A stretch of DNA of 63,015 bases, the filler included, from Octopus bimaculoides (taxonomy: Eukaryota), in assembly GCF_001194135.2 (NCBI RefSeq). It is 6 parts of 5 records of this genome, joined end to end, with 100 filler letters (N's around TTAATTAATTAA, not from the genome) between each part and the next. Parts side by side here need not be neighbours in the genome. Positions count along the whole stretch, not along the records: positions 48,442 to 56,166 come from NC_068983.1; positions 56,267 to 63,015 come from NC_068991.1; 4 more parts are not named here. One strand, written 5' to 3'. Under the pieces are notes generated by a model, which searched no databases, was not told where the DNA came from, and worked only from the letters and a program-made list of their open reading frames with translations. The translations under genes and the position numbers were made by a program. Shown here one piece after another: positions 55,953-63,015 of the stretch. Position 1 is the first letter of the stretch. Every line of letters begins with the position of its first letter.

Positions 55953-57900
55953 TATCTATGCCAAGAAAAGCAGAAAGGGGTTTTTAGGACGTTGACTGCC
56001 TACTATTTAGTGACTTTATTACAAATGCAAATGATATCACTAACAAAATGCCTTGTTAACTTCTGCGTGTAAAAGGAATTACACTTACGGTTCTTTTCAT
56101 TAGTTCTACCACTGAACTACGCGATAAAACTGATAGAAAGTCACGTACAGGGCAGAATATATATATNNNNNNNNNNNNNNNNNNNNNNNNNNNNNNNNNN
56201 NNNNNNNNNNTTAATTAATTAANNNNNNNNNNNNNNNNNNNNNNNNNNNNNNNNNNNNNNNNNNNNTGTATATAGTTGGAATTTCGTACAAAAATATCCT
56301 CAATATAGATAATAATATATTTATATTTTGACTTGATTAAACAATGTCAAATGATGTAAAATGACCTCCCTTGGAATGTGAGCTCTTCAACTAAATTTTA
56401 ACCTCTTATTATTACTTTGTATTGAAGAATCACTTTTAATCTGAGGTAATTGGAAAGATAAAGCATAATTAGAGGCTGTTAATTATTCAGCAGGAAAGAG
56501 GAAGTTATAAAACTGTGACCTTTGATAGCGCAACATTCGGCATTTAAGAAGCTAAAACTAATTATATAACTGTTATTGAGATTAAGTGAAACAGTGTTAG
56601 CTTGAGGAGTGTAAACTTCCTACTGGCCAGCCAAAATAAACTGTGAAAATATCGAAGCGAATTAAGTCGTGGGCAACGGATTGTTCAACTGAGCAAAGGG
56701 ACTGCGGTTGTTTTTCCTTGTTTTATACGTCTGATAGCCTCTAATTTACAACACGCCGCCATAATTAGCTTCTATTTTATGGTCTGAAAGTAACACTTTG
56801 AACAAGACCCAATCAGTCAAATTAATGTTCGATAAAAGAGAAAGGGAGAGAGTGTGTGTGTGTGTGGAGAAGAGGCAGACAAAACGAAGAAAGAGAAAGA
56901 ACGAAAGACAGTCGAAATATAGATAGATTGACTGAGTGAGAAAAAGAAAGAGAGAGGGAGAGTTAACGAGATATGTAATATGGATACAAATCGATAAACG
57001 AATAAACCTACTGAACTGAACTCATGAAATCAAAGTTCAAATTTGTTTCGAACAATTCTGACAACTGCTACAATTACTGCTGCTGCTATTGATGATGGTG
57101 ATGATGACGATGATGGTGAAACAAGGTAGGCAGTATACCATTTGCTTCAGTGTAAAATACCTGGGTATTCTCTGTATTTGAAGATTTATAAATCAGTCTT
57201 TTATAATATAACGAAATAAGATATCGAAAAATATATATATTTATTGGGGTATCGGTGGAACTGGTCGAAATATATCAGTGTTCAAACTACTTCGTAAAGT
57301 TAATTTACGACATCTTATATTGTGAGTTCGAAATCCGCTGACGTGCGCTGATGTATTTCAATCTTTTATTCTCGGCTCGATAAATATATTGTCACATAGT
57401 GTCGTAAAGCCACTCATTAAACTACATCATTGTATTCATTTATATCAGAATACCTATCGGACAAAACTAAATACAAACAAGACATTTTGTTCGCAGTCAA
57501 CAGTATACCTTTCCTTTTGGTGTTTACCAAAATTCTGAATGAAAATTTATCTTCAACATCTCCCTTCCCATAATATTTTTACTAACATTTTTCAATAATT
57601 ACTAGCTGGCCCCGTGCCCTCAAAAACGACGGCTAATTGTAGTATTTTATATATAAATAAGGTACAAAACCAAGTTTTTAGTTTAATAATTGTCAAATGT
57701 TTTGTGAAAAATCCATCCCTTGACTGCTTGTTTCCTTCAAAAGAATTTTTAAGTTGTCCTCCCTTCTTGTCCGACTTAAAGCCACATAAAGCTGGCCGTG
57801 ACTAAATACAGGAGCTGACAAGTAAATACCAAATACACAGAGTTGAAGCGCTGTTCGATTTTTCTTTTCAGCGTTGAATGTTCACCATCCCACTTCCATT

Positions 57901-57950
<50 letters not shown>

Positions 57951-58244
57951 CCTCACACAGAGTTGAAACGCTGTTGGATTTTTTCACCGTAGAATTTCCA
58001 TCATCCCACAACCAGTTTGCCACCACCCCTTCCTTCTTTATTCATCTATCACCCCTTCCTTTCTCATTCATAGAAAGGAAATAGCATTGCCCCTGCTACC
58101 AGAGGAAGTATAGAGAGTAATATATGGTGACGCCTGTGTGAACTAAAACAAATCTTTTAGTGTTATTTTCCGAGAGTTGCTTTGCAACCCAGAAAGAGTC
58201 ATGTATTGGAATTGAGACCTCAACTAGGCAGCATGTACATACGC

Positions 58245-58405
58245 ATGTATGTATGTATGTATGTATGTATGTATGGATGGATGGATGGATGGATGGATGG
58301 ATGGGTGGATGGATGGATGGATGGGTGGATGGATGGATATATATGTATGTATGTATGTATTTATGTATGTATGTATGTATGTATGTATGTATGTATGTGT
58401 GTGTG
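58245..58405. repeat. (TATG)n/(GGAT)n compound microsatellite
   Basis: Direct reading. Confidence 0.95.
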
Positions 58406-59179
58406 CGCATTGATGCTTTCGTATGAGAGATATGTATGTTTGTATATATGCTACGACTTTGAACACCATTGGTGTAAGGTATCTATGAGTACTACTGGTA
58501 ACATGTAATCCGCTACAACCTTTTATATACCTGTCGTGGGGCACAGAATTTATCGTGATGACGGACGTACTTCATGTACAACGACTCTGCGAATGATAGG
58601 CTTCTTGTTTTTGTCGGAAAATCCATTAGGAAAAGAATATAGTCCAGTTGATGTAGTATGTCGACCTATCTGGATAACTCTACTGCATTGTGGGTAAGTT
58701 CAGGAAATCGACAAAAACAGTTTTCCGGTAGCTTGGATTTGCGACAGTTTCCAGTAATTGGGTGATAGTACCTGCCATTTCGGTTCACTTTTACCTCTGG
58801 ATGTATCTTCTAAACGAAGATAGCAATACTGAGAAATTCGCACACTTAACGCCACTATAATGCTTCATTGCTAAGTAAGTTCTGAAAAGTGGAACATGGT
58901 TCTTTGGATCTCAAACGTGGTCGGTGTCATTACAGCGGTCGTTGTATCACGCACGTCCAAACGGTTGAAATTCCGCCACTTCCAATGTTCTATCTTTTTC
59001 AAGAAAGTACACGGCAAATGTACCCTAAATGTTACTAGTCATGATTTCTGATCATCTGCACATCTGTGCCTTCTGTTATTGCATCTTTTTATGAAGTACA
59101 TCTAAAACTCTACTATTGAATGATATAATCATCATACATTTTGATAGGCAACTATAATTATTGTTCTATATTTATATAC

Positions 59180-59430
59180 ACATCTGCAATCTATTGTATA
59201 TTTATACGTGTACATATACTGCTCTACACTCTATTGTTGTATATCTATACGCATATATACTACAGTCTACACCTCTGAGAAATATTGTTGTATGTCTTTA
59301 CATGTGTATATACTACAGGCTAAATCGTTGTATAATTATATATATATATCTATATACCACAGTTGAAACCTCTGCAGTGTATTGTTACATGTCTATACGT
59401 GTCTATAAACTACACTTTAAAGCTCTGCAA
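59180..59430. repeat. Old degenerate ~50-bp minisatellite
   Basis: Recurrent ctctgca...tattgttgtat.tctatac...tatactacag units. Confidence 0.6.
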
Positions 59431-60894
59431 TGATTTACATATTTCCACAGCTCAGTTAATGCCTCGTAATTTCTTAATATGCTTCTATGAATTAATTTAT
59501 GTCTGCGTGAATATATATGTGAAAGCTGAATAGGGTGGGGATGCATGTTTGTTTCCGTTTGGGTGTACGTGGCATTTGAATATGTTTCATTCGTCATCAG
59601 TTGATTAATACCCTTTGCATTTAATTATGTGAAACATTTAGACAATGACATGGAGACACTATAAAGTTTCAGTCTGACAGACATTAGGGCAATATGTATA
59701 AAATGTAAATAAGATGTCTAATTAACGCTGTACTTCGGAAGTTGTTTGCAGTTGACACTTGATTTTTAAATATCTCATGACACTTGGCAATTGATTAAAA
59801 TTCTACATTGCAGCATCGAAATATTACGTATTAACAATTGATTTTTTTTGTGTGTGTGTGTGTTATGTATTCAGTAGATAGCTTAATGCTCACACGCTGT
59901 GCTTAAATTTGTTAATTTGCATATGTGTTGATGTAGATAGCTAGCATTAATTTGTTACAATGTACGTGGCAGTCTCATCCTCTCAATGATCAACGTTGAT
60001 GCTGTCAGCTTGCTTACAACTCTTCAAATATCGAGTTAAAGAAATGATTAACGTTTGTCTGCATTGTCATTACAAACACAAATAATTAACATCGACAACA
60101 CAACGCTTTTGCAACCGATCGACAATGTCTGACAATAAGATAAAGAAAATGGCTACAGGAGTCTTTACTAATAATAAATAATCATGAATACTTAAATGGA
60201 AAAGAAGACTAGTCAGGAAAATAACATTACTGTGAATGAGTTGATTGCAATAAATATATAGCCACATTTCGTCGCCGTGTGTTATATGAGAGGAATATTC
60301 AAATCAAACAAGATTTTATTATTTTCATTTGCCGAGGTGCTAAATTTAACCATACGAGATGACTAGAAAAAGAATTTATCATAGTTCTGGGTCTAGATAT
60401 TTGAGGACTAGGGACAGATTTTTAAATATCCTAAAGCCACAAGCATTTGTAAGAATTCATTTCATCATGAACAAATGACTGATTGAATGAATGAAGGAAT
60501 AGACAAAGTTTTATAAAGTTAGACGCCAATAATAGTGGAAAGTGTCAAATCAGGTGTAAAACAGTATACAATCTAGTTAATTGTACAACATAACGAAAAA
60601 ATTTACATAATTGTGTTGCCACTATTTCTAGTATTGCGGAAAGGGGATATATGCAGACATTTTCGAGATATATCATTCTAATGCTAAATAGTATTTTCTT
60701 ATATATAAGCATGCACATGGCTCAAATTTATAGAAGTAATATCGAGTAACTGCTGTCTTTCAGAGGTAAATCATACACACATATATTTTAACTCACACGC
60801 TCATGTATTTATACATAGACAAACATATATACATGCACATGATATTTAATATGTTTATGCTCACTCGGACATGAGAAAGACCTTTCGCTGCAGA

Positions 60895-60998
60895 AGTATT
60901 CTCGGGAGAAAATTCTTCTCATAGATAATATTTGTGAAATCTGTGTGGAGTGAAAGATATTTCCACATCTCTCACATTTGAGTGTACACGAGCGTGTT
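60895..60998 (+). pseudogene. Possible decayed C2H2 zinc-finger remnant
   Basis: One frame reads YSREK...NICEICVE*KIFPHLSHLSVHERV. This has C-x2-C and F-x5-L-x2-H but an in-frame stop and no final His. Confidence 0.3.
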
Positions 60999-61193
60999 AA
61001 ATATGATTGTACCCACTTATATTTCATTCAATGCTGTTTTGTGCGCCTCTAAGTTAATTAAATTCAGCTTCACCAAGATCTACGCAGATCATCAAATATT
61101 CTGTTTTTTTACACATATTGTCAACCACGAGAATTTTCAATCGAGACAATATCCACGCACACACGCATACAATCGTATGTACGGGCGCGTACA

Positions 61194-61243
<50 letters not shown>

Positions 61244-61253
61244 NNNNNNNNNN

Positions 61254-61290
<37 letters not shown>

Positions 61291-61375
61291 GCATATATAC
61301 ACACACACTCATATACATACACATACGCACATATATGTCTGTGTCTACGAATGTGCACGCATACATACAGATGGA

Positions 61376-61415
<40 letters not shown>

Positions 61416-62099
61416 TATATATATAACCAGCCTGATGCAAAGTTTTTCCTTCCTTCATGCACAGATTATTAAAAATGTTCTACATATTCCTGTCAGCAAA
61501 TTTACTACTGTTTCTAACTTTTAAAAGTTACGATACATTCCATTGTAGCAGAAGATTAAAAACGAAAGAATGTTTGCCGTTGTGTTGTAGACATGTTAAC
61601 AAGAATTTACTGAGAGAAATAGCTGAGACCAACAAATTTGAGCTAGAGATGGAGAAATTAGTAAACTATTAATTCACCGGTTATGTTTTCAAATTCACAG
61701 CAGGTATTTCATTGTTTCATGTTTTTAGGCAAAGCACTTTTTTCTACAAATCTTTGTTGAGACAACTGGTTGTCGAAGATAAATGCTAAATTTTCTGTGG
61801 GAAGACCTATAGAGTTTATGCCACTTTTAGACATCTCTGATGAAGTAATCGTGTGTATCAAAGAGAGTTCATCTCAAAAGTGTTTTCGTTGGCCTACTTA
61901 AACTGAATTGTTATATTTGTACACTTCTGAGTTAGTTGGTGTAGTCGATTAAGTTGACCGTGGGCTTTGGGTTGAGTAAAATGTGATTTTGAGATGAGAT
62001 GACAAGTCAAGCGTTCTGTTACCTCCATTGATTCCTAGAAATTTCTCTTTGTTGACGTCATTCAGCTCCTCACAAACGTTCCTTTAGAGACCATTAGAC

Positions 62100-62460
62100 T
62101 CTCACTTCTATTTTCACTTTTCTTCTTCAAATTACTCCATACGTGTCTTTATATTTAAGTACCATTTTATGTGATGTTACACCCTCTATCATTCGTTCCC
62201 TTAATGTTCACTTTTCATTTTGCTTTGATCGTAGTATAAGCTGTTTCTACCTTCCCTGTCCAATTCTTAGCTATCTCTACATTCGTTCACTTCTAAGCCC
62301 AGATCCTCTCTCGTCACAATTTCTCTAATCCTTTCAACACACTCCCTCATACCCCTACACCACTCCTTCAAATTCGATTCCCTCCTCATATACTTGCCCA
62401 TATCCAAACTTACAACACTTCTATTCCTCAGTCTCTCTCTCCCTTTCTTACACTCAGACA
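62100..62460 (-). mobile_element. Possible very old LINE 3' remnant
   Basis: Purine-rich minus strand with broken LGLE..E.R / R..H-like motifs. Weak. Confidence 0.3.
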
Positions 62461-62751
62461 AAAAACAAAAGCTTCAAACTTGGATTCTTCATTCCTAATG
62501 TTAAATGAACTAGTCATAGAATGACTCTCCTTCAAAAGCAGGTTTGAATTCTGTTACAAGCAATGTTTTGTGTCAGTGGCTGAGGTACTTATATCTCAGC
62601 AGTCACAAACTGACTGTAGTTATTTATTAATGTGGGATGGGAATGTACAAATATACCGACTAATATGCATATGTATAATGTGTCGATATAAAATTAGGGC
62701 TTCTGGAGCAAATGAGGAAGTGGACTGAATCGATTATACTTTTTACGCTTT

Positions 62752-62940
62752 ACTTGTTTCAGTCATTAGACTGCGGCCATGCTAGGGCACAGCCTTGAAT
62801 TTTTAGTAGAATGAATCGATCCTAGCATTTTTTAAGCCTGATTCTTTTGCCGAATCGCTAAGTTACGGGGACGTAAAACACCAACACTGATTGTCAATCA
62901 GTTGTTGGGGGCAAACACCGACACAAAGACAGACACACAC
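62752..62940 (-). mobile_element. SINE family B, 3' half
   Basis: cttgtttcagtcattagactgcggccatgctagggcac...ctaagttacggggacgtaaaacacc. Confidence 0.85.
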
Positions 62941-62941
62941 G

Positions 62942-63011
<70 letters not shown>

Positions 63012-63015
63012 CACA

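Noticed and set aside
57602-57632. Possible Helitron 3' end (minus: gggcacgggccagCTAG|T)
   Set aside because: The hairpin is weak and no matching 5'-TC terminus was found.
58450-59000. Moderately GC-rich stretch that looks like decayed coding sequence
   Set aside because: All frames are interrupted and no motif could be assigned with confidence.

Overview
AT-rich, gap-ridden eukaryotic genomic DNA that is intergenic or intronic. The SINE families and the microsatellite load suggest an octopus or other cephalopod scaffold (inference from recognised repeats). No host protein-coding exon can be supported. The window is a dense transposon graveyard. It holds Penelope-like element (PLE) RT and GIY-YIG fragments, R4/Dong-type, RTE and CR1-like LINE fragments, and a nearly complete DD37D (maT) transposase. 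It also holds mariner and Tc1 remnants, a complete non-autonomous Helitron, two tRNA-derived SINE families and a (TAA)n-embedded ~555-bp retroposon. The most interesting signal is non-coding. Four type-I hammerhead-ribozyme motifs lie at 5863-5897 (-), 12160-12204, 42602-42636 and 49923-49979. The 12160 motif is near-perfect and is followed by five consecutive hairpins/palindromes. There are also one decayed hammerhead inside a 273-bp fold-back, three repeats carrying hammerhead half-motifs in permuted order, several long palindromes and a 55-bp hairpin-forming tandem array. Most long ORFs in the supplied track are microsatellite or N-gap artefacts.
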